Positions 28,554 through 37,952 of a stretch of 64,000 bases of DNA are shown here, in pieces. Positions within the stretch are counted from its first letter, which is position 1. Each line of letters starts with the position of its first letter. Origin of the DNA: Candidatus Latescibacterota bacterium (lineage in GTDB: Bacteria > Latescibacterota > UBA2968 > GCA-2709665); NCBI GenBank assembly GCA_965248435.1, contig OZ252100.1:2848001-2912000 (forward strand), given 5' to 3'. The notes beneath the pieces are model-generated. The model had not been told where the DNA came from and made no database searches. It saw nothing but the letters and a program-made list of their open reading frames with translations. A program made the translations under genes and the position numbers.

Positions 28554-29216
28554 TCAAACATGCCCTTCGACAGCCCGATGGATTGCGGCCACATTCTTGG
28601 CGACACCGCCCCTCCCGAAGATCGCCGTCCCCGCGACAAGAACCCCGACTCCGGCCGCGACGGCGTCCCCGGCGTTCGCCACGCCGATGCCCCCATCGAT
28701 CTCGATCTCCGTGTCCAGGCCCCTGCGATCGATCTCCTCCTTTAACGATCTGACCTTCGTAAGAGACTCCGGCATGAACGCCTGGCCGCCAAACCCGGGT
28801 TCCACGGACATCACGAGCGCGAGGTCCAGCTGGTCAAGAAGCGGGAACAGCGCGGAGACCGGCGTGGCCGGCCTGATCGTCCCACCGGATCGGACGCCGG
28901 CATCCCGGATGCGACCCAAAAGTTCACCGACATCGGCATCGATCTCAGTGTGGACCGTCAGGATGTCGGCGCCGCTCTCCACGAATATCTCCAAATACTT
29001 ACCCGGGTCGCTGATCATCAAATGAACATCAAGGATAAGGTCTGTTTTCTTCCGGATCGCCTCAATAACTATGGGACCGAAGGTCAGATTCGGCACGAAA
29101 TGACCATCCATCACATCCAGGTGAATGTAGTCCACACCCGCTGCCTCCACCTCACGAATCTCCCGCTCGAGTGAACTGAAGTCCGCAGACAGGAATGAAG
29201 GCGCGATCTTGACCAT
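28554..29216 (-). CDS. rpe: Ribulose-phosphate 3-epimerase
   Basis: HLDVMDGHFVPNLTFG, MSVEPGFGGQ, IDGG. Confidence 0.97.
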   Translation of the reverse strand: MVKIAPSFLSADFSSLEREIREVEAAGVDYIHLDVMDGHFVPNLTFGPIVIEAIRKKTDLILDVHLMISDPGKYLEIFVESGADILTVHTEIDADVGELLGRIRDAGVRSGGTIRPATPVSALFPLLDQLDLALVMSVEPGFGGQAFMPESLTKVRSLKEEIDRRGLDTEIEIDGGIGVANAGDAVAAGVGVLVAGTAIFGRGGVAKNVAAIHRAVEGHV

Positions 29217-29238
29217 GTCGTCCCCCTCTCGATAGTCC

Positions 29239-29973
29239 CTACAGCTTGCTCACGACGAGATCGATACGTGTTCCCCGCTTCACTTCTTCGCCAGGTTCCG
29301 GAACCTGGCGAAGGATGAAATTCGGAAGATATTCCGTGCTGAACTCATATCGGATTGTGCCAACGCGAAGGCCTGCGCCCGAGACCACATTGCGGGCATT
29401 CTCCAGGTCACGGGAGACAAGGTTTGGCACTGGCACGATCTTCCTCGGGGGTCCATTGCTGATCACCAGGGAAACAAGGTGGCCCTCATCGACCTCCTCA
29501 CCCGCCTCGGGAACCTGAAGCATCACAAACCCCTCCTTCACCCGGAATGAGGCGTCCTCAGTCACTTCACCCACCTCAAGTCCACTCTGCTCGATCCAAA
29601 GCCGGGCTTGGCGCAGCGTCTTCCCTTCGAGATCGGGCACGGCGTAAAGGCGCCTGCCCTTACTGGGTACTGCATAGACGGTCCGATTCTGTTTCACTCT
29701 GGAAAAGGCCAGTGGGTTCTGAGACACGATTCGACCTTCCAGAATCCGATCATCCCAGCGGGGGTCTTGCATCCTTAGCCTGAGTCCGTACCTGGACAAT
29801 TTCTTGCGTGCTTGAGACGGCGTGAGGTCTACCAGGTCCGGGACTTCTACTTGCATCCCCTTCCGAACAAGGTTGGGCATAATGACCATATCCAGCAGGA
29901 TGAGCCCCACCGTGCCCGTGAAAACCGCGCAGGCTGCGAACAGCGCAACTTCCCGCAGGAAGGTCCTGAGCAT
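29239..29973 (-). CDS. PASTA-domain protein (N-terminal TM plus three PASTA repeats)
   Basis: Three VPDL/VPNL repeats ending LVVS/LVIS; next to rpe. Confidence 0.9.
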   Translation of the reverse strand: MLRTFLREVALFAACAVFTGTVGLILLDMVIMPNLVRKGMQVEVPDLVDLTPSQARKKLSRYGLRLRMQDPRWDDRILEGRIVSQNPLAFSRVKQNRTVYAVPSKGRRLYAVPDLEGKTLRQARLWIEQSGLEVGEVTEDASFRVKEGFVMLQVPEAGEEVDEGHLVSLVISNGPPRKIVPVPNLVSRDLENARNVVSGAGLRVGTIRYEFSTEYLPNFILRQVPEPGEEVKRGTRIDLVVSKL

Positions 29974-30104
29974 AAAGAGGCCATCTGAAGCTGGAGATTG
30001 GGTCGAAGGAAGGCTGCCTGGAAGTCAGAAAATAGAACAACGGTCTCCGACTGTCAAGCCGCGGAGTTTTCCACGTACGCTCAATCGAATCGAGTGACGA
30101 GAAG

Positions 30105-30917
30105 TCACCGGGACCCTCCACGCACGGTAAGGGAGGCTCGGTGTGAGACGCCGAGTATCGTGTGGTAAACAGTCGCGTAGTCCAGCCCGAATCGCCCTCG
30201 CTGAAGTCCGATTCCGAACGAGAGGCGCTCTGGCTGCCCACCCGCACCTGAACGCAGCGTCAACATTCTTCCAGACCCATATTCCACGCCCACGCTCAGG
30301 CCAGTCGGCGTCCCAACCTCTTTCTTTACATCAACTTGAAGAACCACGTTCGAAGCGGTTTCGAACGCGATTCCCATCATTCCACCCTGTCCCAATACCT
30401 CCACATCCCTCCCGCTCACATTCCACGATGATACCGCCCAGACCACCCTTTCTGTTATGAATGCCCGTACGCCAAGATCGAATGCAAACCATTTCAGGCT
30501 TTCTATTCCATCGACGTCCAGCTGCATCCTCCGCACGCCGATACCCAAACCCAACTTTTGTGAAAAGGCGCATCCATAGGTCAACCCGATCGCGCGCTCT
30601 TTGAATAGCTCATACCCGTAACTCTGATAACTCAGCCCCGCGGCACCCACACCCGTCCTGAATACGACACCGAAGGCCTGGGTTTGCAGTTCCTTCATCC
30701 CAAAAGGCCGATCGTAGCCTACGGTCGCCTCGATCCCCGGAAGCCACGCAATCGATGCCGGGTTCCAGAACAGGGCCTCCGCACCATCGGCCATCCCGGC
30801 GAACGTATCCCCCATACCCCCGGCCCTCGCCCCGATCGGACGGAACTCGAACGCCGGCTCGGCGGTGACAGGGAGGAATAGGGCTAATGGAATCGCTAAT
30901 GCAATGCGCCTAAACAA
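30105..30917 (-). CDS. PorV/PorQ-like outer-membrane beta-barrel
   Basis: Signal peptide then GARAGGMG...ALFWNPA; C-terminal DYATVYH..LGVSHRASL. Confidence 0.7.
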   Translation of the reverse strand: MFRRIALAIPLALFLPVTAEPAFEFRPIGARAGGMGDTFAGMADGAEALFWNPASIAWLPGIEATVGYDRPFGMKELQTQAFGVVFRTGVGAAGLSYQSYGYELFKERAIGLTYGCAFSQKLGLGIGVRRMQLDVDGIESLKWFAFDLGVRAFITERVVWAVSSWNVSGRDVEVLGQGGMMGIAFETASNVVLQVDVKKEVGTPTGLSVGVEYGSGRMLTLRSGAGGQPERLSFGIGLQRGRFGLDYATVYHTILGVSHRASLTVRGGSR

Positions 30918-31037
30918 TGCGGTTTTCTTTCTTTGCTGTCGATCGCTGGATCACGGAATTCACGGAACCCCACACCCCCCACCCTGAAAATACGGAAGGA
31001 TCTATGTCTCGATGCTGACCCCCCACCGTTTCTTGAT

Positions 31038-31406
31038 TCAATTGACGATTCGCTTGATGCCCAACCTGATGGATCCGAAATTCAGCAGGAGACCTACTTT
31101 ATAACCTGACGCCCTCAGATAGGAAAGTGTCTGCTCAAAGTCCCTAGGCTCAAGCATCGCTTTGGCTTTGACCTCTAGCAATCGGTCTCCGACAACAAAA
31201 TCCACGCGACGGGTATGGAGTCTTATCCCCTTGTAGTTCACCGGGACCCATACCTCTCGTCCAAACTCCATTCTTCTGGATTTGAACTCGTGAGCAAGCG
31301 CACGCTGGTACGTCAGCTCTTGAAAATGGGGTCCCAGGACCCGATGCACCTCAAGGGCGATGCCGATAATCTCTTCAGTCTGCTTGTCGGGATGGGGCTT
31401 CGGCAT
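31038..31406 (-). CDS. GxxExxY protein (PD-(D/E)XK nuclease fold)
   Basis: TEEIIGIALEVHRVLGPHFQELTYQRAL...RVDFVV...LEVKA...SYLRASGYKVGLLLNFG. Confidence 0.92.
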   Translation of the reverse strand: MPKPHPDKQTEEIIGIALEVHRVLGPHFQELTYQRALAHEFKSRRMEFGREVWVPVNYKGIRLHTRRVDFVVGDRLLEVKAKAMLEPRDFEQTLSYLRASGYKVGLLLNFGSIRLGIKRIVN

Positions 31407-31813
31407 TATCTCAACTCTAGCAGATCGATTCTGGGAAGTGGGGGGCTCCGTGCCCTCCGCGCACCCCAGGGATTTCCCGATCAAGCGCCACCTCAGGTCT
31501 TTCACACTTCGCTCGAATCTTTCCATATACCTGGCGCATCTAGCCATGGCTTCCGTGATCCAGCCACTGAGCAACCCCCATACCACTCACCGTCTACCCG
31601 CATCCGCTACCACTATCCCATTTAATCACAAGGCGTTGTTGACCATCAACAGAAATCTCCCCAGGAATTCGCAGTTTCACCTGCGATCTCCAGCAGGACA
31701 TCTCTTTCACTTCTGTAACCTGTCACGAGACAAAAGAGGCCAGTGAGCGATGCTCACAGGCCTGGTGATTGAATGGACGGGGGGGGAATCGGTATTTATC
31801 CTATATTTGCACC

Positions 31814-32776
31814 ATGGAAACCGCGATCACGCGACGGAAGACCCTCAATCACGGATGGGTCTACACCGATCGGATCCAGCAGGATATTGCCGGCCAATCG
31901 GTCCTTGAGTTCTATACGTCGCGACATACGCACTCGTCTGAGGCCGCCTGGAGAAAACGCATACAGACCGGCGAGGTCCACCTCGACGGAGAACGCACCA
32001 CCCCGGATGCGCTGCTTTCCGCCGGCCAGGTCCTGGCCTATCACCGCGCCCCGTGGCAGGAGCCAAGCGTCCCGTGTTCCTTCGCGGTTCTCCACGAAGA
32101 TGACCATATCCTTGCTGTGGCCAAACCTTCCGGACTCCCGGTCCTCCCCGGCGGCCACCACCTCGAAAACACACTGTTGTCCCTTGTTCGAAACCGCTAC
32201 AGGGATCGGCCTCCTCCCTCACCCCTCCATCGTCTGGGACGAGGAACGTCCGGAATCATCCTCTTCGCATCTACACCTCTGGCAAAACGGTCCCTGTCGA
32301 AGGACCTTAGCGAAGGCCGCGTCACAAAAATTTATCGGACACTGGTACGTGGGATCCCCGTGAGCGAAACGTTTTCGATAAAGACACCCATTGGCAGAAT
32401 CTCTCACCCCGGAATCGGCTACCTCTATGCCGCTGCTCCCGAAGGCCGACCTTCGCACACGGAATGTCGGGTGCTTCACCGCGATCTGGAGAAACATCGC
32501 ACACTGCTCGAAGTCCACATCCTGACGGGCCGCCCCCATCAGATCCGCATACACCTCGCGGCGGCAGGATATCCCCTCGTAGGAGATCCCCTCTACGGAC
32601 CCGGCGGACGTCCCATCGATTCGGAACCAGACCAGAGGCGGCCCTTGCCGGGAGACTGCGGCTATCATCTCCACGCCCACCAGGTCTGTTTCACTCACCC
32701 TGCCGAACAACGTCCCGTCACCCTCAGCTGTTCACCCCCTCCACTTCTACGCACCGCTCAGGAACTTCCGTCCTGA
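31814..32776 (+). CDS. RluA-family RNA pseudouridine synthase
   Basis: KPSGLPV, HRLGRGTSG (canonical HRLD has D replaced by G), TGRPHQIRIH, GDPLYG. Confidence 0.88.
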   Translation: METAITRRKTLNHGWVYTDRIQQDIAGQSVLEFYTSRHTHSSEAAWRKRIQTGEVHLDGERTTPDALLSAGQVLAYHRAPWQEPSVPCSFAVLHEDDHILAVAKPSGLPVLPGGHHLENTLLSLVRNRYRDRPPPSPLHRLGRGTSGIILFASTPLAKRSLSKDLSEGRVTKIYRTLVRGIPVSETFSIKTPIGRISHPGIGYLYAAAPEGRPSHTECRVLHRDLEKHRTLLEVHILTGRPHQIRIHLAAAGYPLVGDPLYGPGGRPIDSEPDQRRPLPGDCGYHLHAHQVCFTHPAEQRPVTLSCSPPPLLRTAQELPS

Positions 32777-32790
32777 GATCTTGCCTCCTC

Positions 32791-33738
32791 ATGCCCAAGC
32801 CCAAAGCAGAGAGATATCGATTCAAACTGGGGATGTCGATCCACGAACTCCGGATGCCCCTGGAAGATGCGCTGGCGCTCGCCAAAGACCTCGGAATGGA
32901 ATATGTCCGCTTCAACCGGCTGCAGTGGGAACCGGAGATCGCAGATCTCACCGACGAGGAAATCGACAACCTGGGAAATCGCATCGCGCGGTTCGGACTC
33001 AAACTCCATTCCATCAGCCCTGGCGCTCCCTTTAAGGAAATCCATCTCTCCAACTTGAACCTGGAGACACTTCAGGACGATCCATCTTTTCGAGAAGCGT
33101 TCTGTGACCTCGTCAAAGCCATGAAAATCGCAAGGAGGTTAGGCGTCAGGGCAGTGGAGGCTTTTACGTTCGCCTGGCCCGGGGAGTATTCGGCCGGGAA
33201 GCCGACCTGGCCGATGCGTTGGCAAACCCGTGGGGGGATCATCTCAGAAGTCGACCTGGAGAAGCTGGCCAAAGCCTTTAGCCTCGTCCTGGAGCAGGCG
33301 GAACACTACGACTTAGACATCGTGCTTTCCCAGATGGCCTGGAATTACACGAACACGACGACCAATTTCAAAGTCCTGGCGGAGCGTCTCGGGTCTCAGA
33401 GAATCAAAGTCAGATGGGGACCTGCGGACAATCTGAACTGTGGAGAGTGGGACGTCTCAACGGCGGGCTTCCGCAACGTGCTGCCTTACCTTCACAGCCT
33501 TCACATCAAAGACCTGCACGTCACGGATGGGATTCGTTGCAAGTTTGACTACAGAGCGATCGGAGAAGGGGACGTCGACTATTTGACGATTCTCCGGAAC
33601 TTGCGCAACGAGCGTTGCGACGCACTACTTGCGGTGGCCACGCACTTCCTTCCGCCCGGAGGATCGGCAGAAGATGCGATGAGAATCAACGTTTCCAACC
33701 TGAAGTCGCTCATAGCGCAGGCGGAGAAGTCGGAATGA
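32791..33738 (+). CDS. Xylose-isomerase-like TIM-barrel protein
   Basis: LHIKD, IGEGDVDY; paralog of 37953-38873. Confidence 0.8.
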   Translation: MPKPKAERYRFKLGMSIHELRMPLEDALALAKDLGMEYVRFNRLQWEPEIADLTDEEIDNLGNRIARFGLKLHSISPGAPFKEIHLSNLNLETLQDDPSFREAFCDLVKAMKIARRLGVRAVEAFTFAWPGEYSAGKPTWPMRWQTRGGIISEVDLEKLAKAFSLVLEQAEHYDLDIVLSQMAWNYTNTTTNFKVLAERLGSQRIKVRWGPADNLNCGEWDVSTAGFRNVLPYLHSLHIKDLHVTDGIRCKFDYRAIGEGDVDYLTILRNLRNERCDALLAVATHFLPPGGSAEDAMRINVSNLKSLIAQAEKSE

Positions 33739-33786
33739 TCACGTGCGGAGGTCACCGTCACCGGACAAAAACAGCCGGCCCTGTCT

Positions 33787-34212
33787 TTAGAATTCTATCC
33801 TCAAGCGTAATTTCAACTTCTGCTGCGCTTCCGAAGGTCCAACTTCAACATCTGCCCACTCCACAGCGTCCAGATGTGCATCCACATAGGCGTCCACCAC
33901 GCTGTAGAAGAGAGTACCCAACATCGCGATCAGAGCCAGGTTGCGATCGGATGTGGAACGTCCTTCATCGTCCTTGAATCTGTCGACAAAAAAGGCAGCA
34001 GCAGAGCCCACTTCTGCCGCGGCGATCGCACTTCCCTTGATCACGCGTTGGTTGTAAAACTGGCCCCAGCCCGGCAGGGCAAGCGACCGCAGCATCGCCC
34101 CGGTTGGAGATCTATCTTGCCGCGCCGTGTCCGCCTGCGCAGATCCCGCCTCCTGTGCCCAGGTCTCGCTCACAGAAAACAGCACCGAAATGACGACCAG
34201 AATCTTCAGCAA
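33787..34212 (-). CDS. DUF5683-like membrane protein
   Basis: SPTGAMLRSLALPGWGQFYN...VDAYVDAHL. Confidence 0.8.
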   Translation of the reverse strand: MLKILVVISVLFSVSETWAQEAGSAQADTARQDRSPTGAMLRSLALPGWGQFYNQRVIKGSAIAAAEVGSAAAFFVDRFKDDEGRSTSDRNLALIAMLGTLFYSVVDAYVDAHLDAVEWADVEVGPSEAQQKLKLRLRIEF

Positions 34213-34310
34213 TCTTCCATTCCGCGAGATACTGTCCTCTTATTCAGCAAATGAAGTCCAGCGTTTCCCGAGCCCCGGCACCCGTGCTTTTCTTTCCCTG
34301 CACCCGGCTA

Positions 34311-35258
34311 TCAAGTTTTCTCCATTAGCAGCCGAACCGCACCCATAATACCTGCATCATCTCCCAGTTCAGCCTTGACGATCCTTACAGACTCCTTGAC
34401 GCCCGTCGCTCCGCGTTCCATCAAGGTTCGACGCGCTGGGTCCAGGATGCGTGCCCCGGCCAATGCAAGGCCGCCGGCGAGCGCGACCACGTCTACATTC
34501 ATCACGCTCACGAGGTTCACCACACCTACGCCCAGAAAAAAGCCTGTCTCCTCCAGAATTGTCGTCGCAAAGGCGTCACCCGCTTCCGCTGCTTCCGCAA
34601 TCACTTTCGTCGTCAAACCTTCGGCATCTAGACTCGTTTCGACACCTCCTTCGGCGAGTCGTGCTCGAGCCCGTCGCACGACCGCGGGGGCGGAGACATA
34701 CATCTCGAGGCATCCATAATTCCCACAGCTGCAGCGGGGGCCGTTCAGATCTATCGACATGTGACCCACTTCTGCCGCGTTCCCGTTGAACCCGCGCATC
34801 AATGCGCCGTTTACCACCCAACCCCCACCGACTCCGGTGCCCAGCGTGATACACAGGAAGTGGTCGATGCCCTGCCCGACCCCCTTCCACTGTTCCCCAA
34901 GGGCAGCGACGTTGGCATCGTTGTCTACCGCCACTGGCAGCTCCAGAATCTCCTCCATTCGCTCTCTCAGCCGGAAACCGCGCATGCAGGGCAGGTTCAC
35001 CGGAGAGATGATCACCCCATCGAAGGGGTCCAGCGGACCCGGAGAACCGACGCCAACCCCCCGGACATCGGAGAGCGCGAACCCACCCGCCTTCGCCGCT
35101 TCTTTTGCGCAAGCGACGATGCCCTCGACGACCCCATCACTTCCTAAGTCGAGCCGCGTCGGGCATCGGTGGCGGCCAATGATCTCTCCTTCTTCGGTCA
35201 CGAGACCGGCTCGCGTATTCGTGCCCCCCAGATCCACGCCGATCTTCAGCTGGCTCAT
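34311..35258 (-). CDS. ROK-family sugar kinase (glucokinase-like)
   Basis: GVDLGGT, NDANVAALGE, TLGTGVGGG, EVGH, CSCGNYGCLE. Confidence 0.92.
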   Translation of the reverse strand: MSQLKIGVDLGGTNTRAGLVTEEGEIIGRHRCPTRLDLGSDGVVEGIVACAKEAAKAGGFALSDVRGVGVGSPGPLDPFDGVIISPVNLPCMRGFRLRERMEEILELPVAVDNDANVAALGEQWKGVGQGIDHFLCITLGTGVGGGWVVNGALMRGFNGNAAEVGHMSIDLNGPRCSCGNYGCLEMYVSAPAVVRRARARLAEGGVETSLDAEGLTTKVIAEAAEAGDAFATTILEETGFFLGVGVVNLVSVMNVDVVALAGGLALAGARILDPARRTLMERGATGVKESVRIVKAELGDDAGIMGAVRLLMEKT

Positions 35259-35896
35259 GCGCCTTCTCGTGCCTTGCGTACCGCCTCAACGAAACCGCTC
35301 GCCGTCTCCGTCAGTTTCTTCCAATCCCGGTTGGCGACCGCGGCCTTGTCCACCATGGCGCTCCCCGCCCCAACGGCGCACGCACCCGCCTTGATGAACT
35401 CGGGTGTCGTCTTGATGTCAACACCCCCCGTTGGCATCAGGCGAACCTGAGGAAGGGGTCCCTTGATATCCTTGAAATAGGAGGGTCCGCCTGCTGAGGC
35501 GGGAAAGACTTTCACGACATCCGCTCCGGCCTGCCACGCCGCCAGAATCTCTGTCGGGGTGAATGCCCCGGGCATCACAACTTTGCCGTAGCGTTTGGCC
35601 ATCTGAATCACGTCCAGGTTCAAAATCGGACTCACGACGTACTCCGCGCCCGCCAGGATCGCCGACCGGGCCGTCTCCGGGTCCAGCACAGAACCCACGC
35701 CAACGATCGTATCCTGCATCTGCGACGCTGCCTCTTCGATCAGCTTCAACGCCCCCGGTACGGTCATCGTCACCTCGATGGCCACCACCCCGCCTTCCCG
35801 CAGCGCCTTCGAAACGTCGAGCAACTCTGAGGATGAGTCGGCGCGGAGCACAGCGACCACGCCGCAATCCAGTATCCGATCCAGCACGCCAGGCAT
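35255..35896 (-). CDS. eda: KDPG/KHG aldolase
   Basis: IEVTM, VGVGSVL, PGAFTPTEI, KVFPA, PTGGV; GGAGG SD before ATG 35896. Confidence 0.93.
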   Translation of the reverse strand: MPGVLDRILDCGVVAVLRADSSSELLDVSKALREGGVVAIEVTMTVPGALKLIEEAASQMQDTIVGVGSVLDPETARSAILAGAEYVVSPILNLDVIQMAKRYGKVVMPGAFTPTEILAAWQAGADVVKVFPASAGGPSYFKDIKGPLPQVRLMPTGGVDIKTTPEFIKAGACAVGAGSAMVDKAAVANRDWKKLTETASGFVEAVRKAREGA

Positions 35897-35993
35897 CTCC
35901 TTACCTCCCCCTAGAAAGAATGCCCGGAACGTTCCGAGCATTCTGTACGACGCTTGCACAGGAGTCGTGATTCCCGCGCTTCGCAGCTGCTTC

Positions 35994-37037
35994 CTATCGA
36001 CGGATCCGCGCCCCACCGCCTTTCATCGCCGCTTCCGCCTCAGCCCGCGTCGCCCAGTTCACATCCCCGGGAAAGGTATGTGCCAGGGCTGAATACGCCC
36101 CGGCAAAATCAACGATGGCTTGCGGACCCTTCTCGTCGAGCAGTCCGGAGATCACGCCGGCCGAAAAATTGTCTCCACCGCCCACACGGTCCACGATCTC
36201 CAGGTCCTCATACACGCGGGACAGATAAAACGCCTCCGAGTCGAACAGCAGCGTCCTCCAGTCGTTCAAAAGCCCGGTCTTCGCCACCCGCAGTGTCGTC
36301 CCCACATATTCGACATTCGGATAGGCCTCCACCGCACGCCGCGCGACCCCCTTGTAGCCCTCAGGATCGAGCGCGCTGTAATCCTCCGAAGCCCCCTCGG
36401 CCCTCAACCCCAGAACCTTTTCGAAGTCCTCCTCGTTCCCGATCAAGACCTTCACCAACGGCATGAACTGCTTCGTCGTCTCCTGCGCTTTTTCCGAGGT
36501 CCACAACTTCGAACGAAAGTTCAGGTCGTAGCTCGTCGTCACGCCTGCCGCATCGGCGGCCTTCAGTGCTTCCAAGGTCGTTGCCGAAGCGCCATCCGAT
36601 AGCGCCGGCGTGATCCCGCTTACGTGAAACCAGCGTGTTTTCGCGAAGACCGCTTTCCAATTCATCATCCCTGGTTTGATGTTGGAGATGGCCGAATGTC
36701 CACGGTCATACGTCACCGCACTCGCGCGTGGTCCCACGCCCACCTCGACGTGATTAAACCCGTTTCGCTCCATGCCGATGCCGTCGAACGGCACCCAGAC
36801 GATGTTCGACATATCAATCCCGTGCTCGCGGCCTTTGTTTCGGATCAGCCACCCCGACCAGTTGTCAACCAGCCGCGAGACCCAGGCCGTCTTGAGATCC
36901 AGATGCGCGCAGCCAACGGCAACGTTGTACTCTCCACCGCCGACCTCTACATCCAGACGAGTTGCGTGCTCCAACCGCCGGTACTCCGGCGGCGACAGCC
37001 TCACCATCGCCTCGCCAAATGTCACCACGTCATACAT
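35994..37037 (-). CDS. kdgK: PfkB sugar kinase, 2-keto-3-deoxygluconate kinase-like
   Basis: TFGEAMVRLSP, SGITPALS, DLNFRSKLW, DRVGGGDNF; adjacent to eda. Confidence 0.88.
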   Translation of the reverse strand: MYDVVTFGEAMVRLSPPEYRRLEHATRLDVEVGGGEYNVAVGCAHLDLKTAWVSRLVDNWSGWLIRNKGREHGIDMSNIVWVPFDGIGMERNGFNHVEVGVGPRASAVTYDRGHSAISNIKPGMMNWKAVFAKTRWFHVSGITPALSDGASATTLEALKAADAAGVTTSYDLNFRSKLWTSEKAQETTKQFMPLVKVLIGNEEDFEKVLGLRAEGASEDYSALDPEGYKGVARRAVEAYPNVEYVGTTLRVAKTGLLNDWRTLLFDSEAFYLSRVYEDLEIVDRVGGGDNFSAGVISGLLDEKGPQAIVDFAGAYSALAHTFPGDVNWATRAEAEAAMKGGGARIRR

Positions 37038-37084
37038 GTCGTGCGATTCCTTTGCCGAACATCTTCAGGATCTTGCCTAAATTG

Positions 37085-37213
37085 TCTGTGCTTTCTGCCT
37101 TTCTGCGGTGATCCATGCCCTTCAATCGGAAATCCCAAATCCGCAGTTGAATTTACGGTACCCGGTACCCGTGTTTTGGTTTCCCGATACCCGGTCTTTA
37201 CGAACGACGGCCT
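37085..37213. repeat. Composite intergenic repeat, copy 1
   Basis: 9-mer run, gtgatc, aatcccaaatccgca, then cccggtacccgtgttt...acccggtcttt...acggcc; same order at 54197-54314. Confidence 0.75.
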
Positions 37214-37909
37214 TCAATCATCACGTCCACCGAGAATCCCGGACAGGATCAACAGCCTCAAAAGGTGAAGTATCGCCACGAGCGCCGAGGCGACGTACGT
37301 CCAGGCCGCCGCATTCAACACCTTCTGGGCCGCAGGCACCTCTTGCTCGGTGAGATATCCACCTTCTCTCAGGATCTTGATGGCCCGGCTGCTCGCGTTG
37401 AACTCCACCGGGAGGGTCACCAATCCGAAGAAGACAGCGAACGAGAAAAAGAGGATCCCGAGTTCAACAAGCATTCCGGATTGGAAGATGAACCCGATGA
37501 AGAAAAGGGGCATGCCCAGCCAGGATCCGAAATTCGCGACCGGCACGATGTTCGTACGAAGCGACAGAGGGAAATACCCCCGGGCGTGCTGGAGTGCGTG
37601 CCCCGCCTCGTGAGCCGCCACGCCGATCGCTGCAAGCGATTCGGATCCGTAAGTGCTGTCAGAAAGACGCAGGATCTGATCCTTTGGATCATAATGATCG
37701 CTCAGGTCGCCACTCACGTGCTCTACTTTCACCGGCACCTGCATTCGGTCCAGAATGTCCCGTGCGACCTCATCGGCGGTTTTCCCCGAGCGGGCCCCGT
37801 ACTGGCTGAACTTGGAAAATGTGGACTTCACCCTGAACTGCGCCCACACGGCCAGGATGAACCCGGGGATCACCAGCATCATCGTGGGGTCGAAAAAGAA
37901 CGGAAACAT
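37214..37909 (-). CDS. Membrane zinc metallopeptidase, YugP-like
   Basis: LSDHYDP, VAAHEAGHALQ, TLPVEFNASSRA, AAAWTYVA. Confidence 0.92.
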   Translation of the reverse strand: MFPFFFDPTMMLVIPGFILAVWAQFRVKSTFSKFSQYGARSGKTADEVARDILDRMQVPVKVEHVSGDLSDHYDPKDQILRLSDSTYGSESLAAIGVAAHEAGHALQHARGYFPLSLRTNIVPVANFGSWLGMPLFFIGFIFQSGMLVELGILFFSFAVFFGLVTLPVEFNASSRAIKILREGGYLTEQEVPAAQKVLNAAAWTYVASALVAILHLLRLLILSGILGGRDD

Positions 37910-37952
37910 AACGTGCAGCCTCCTGAAACAATAATTTACCTACACGACGTCT

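Noticed and set aside
32464-32790. N-terminal extension of the TIM-barrel ORF overlapping the RluA gene (possible frameshift fusion)
   Set aside because: Low-complexity alternate frame; the paralog starts at the position equivalent to 32791.
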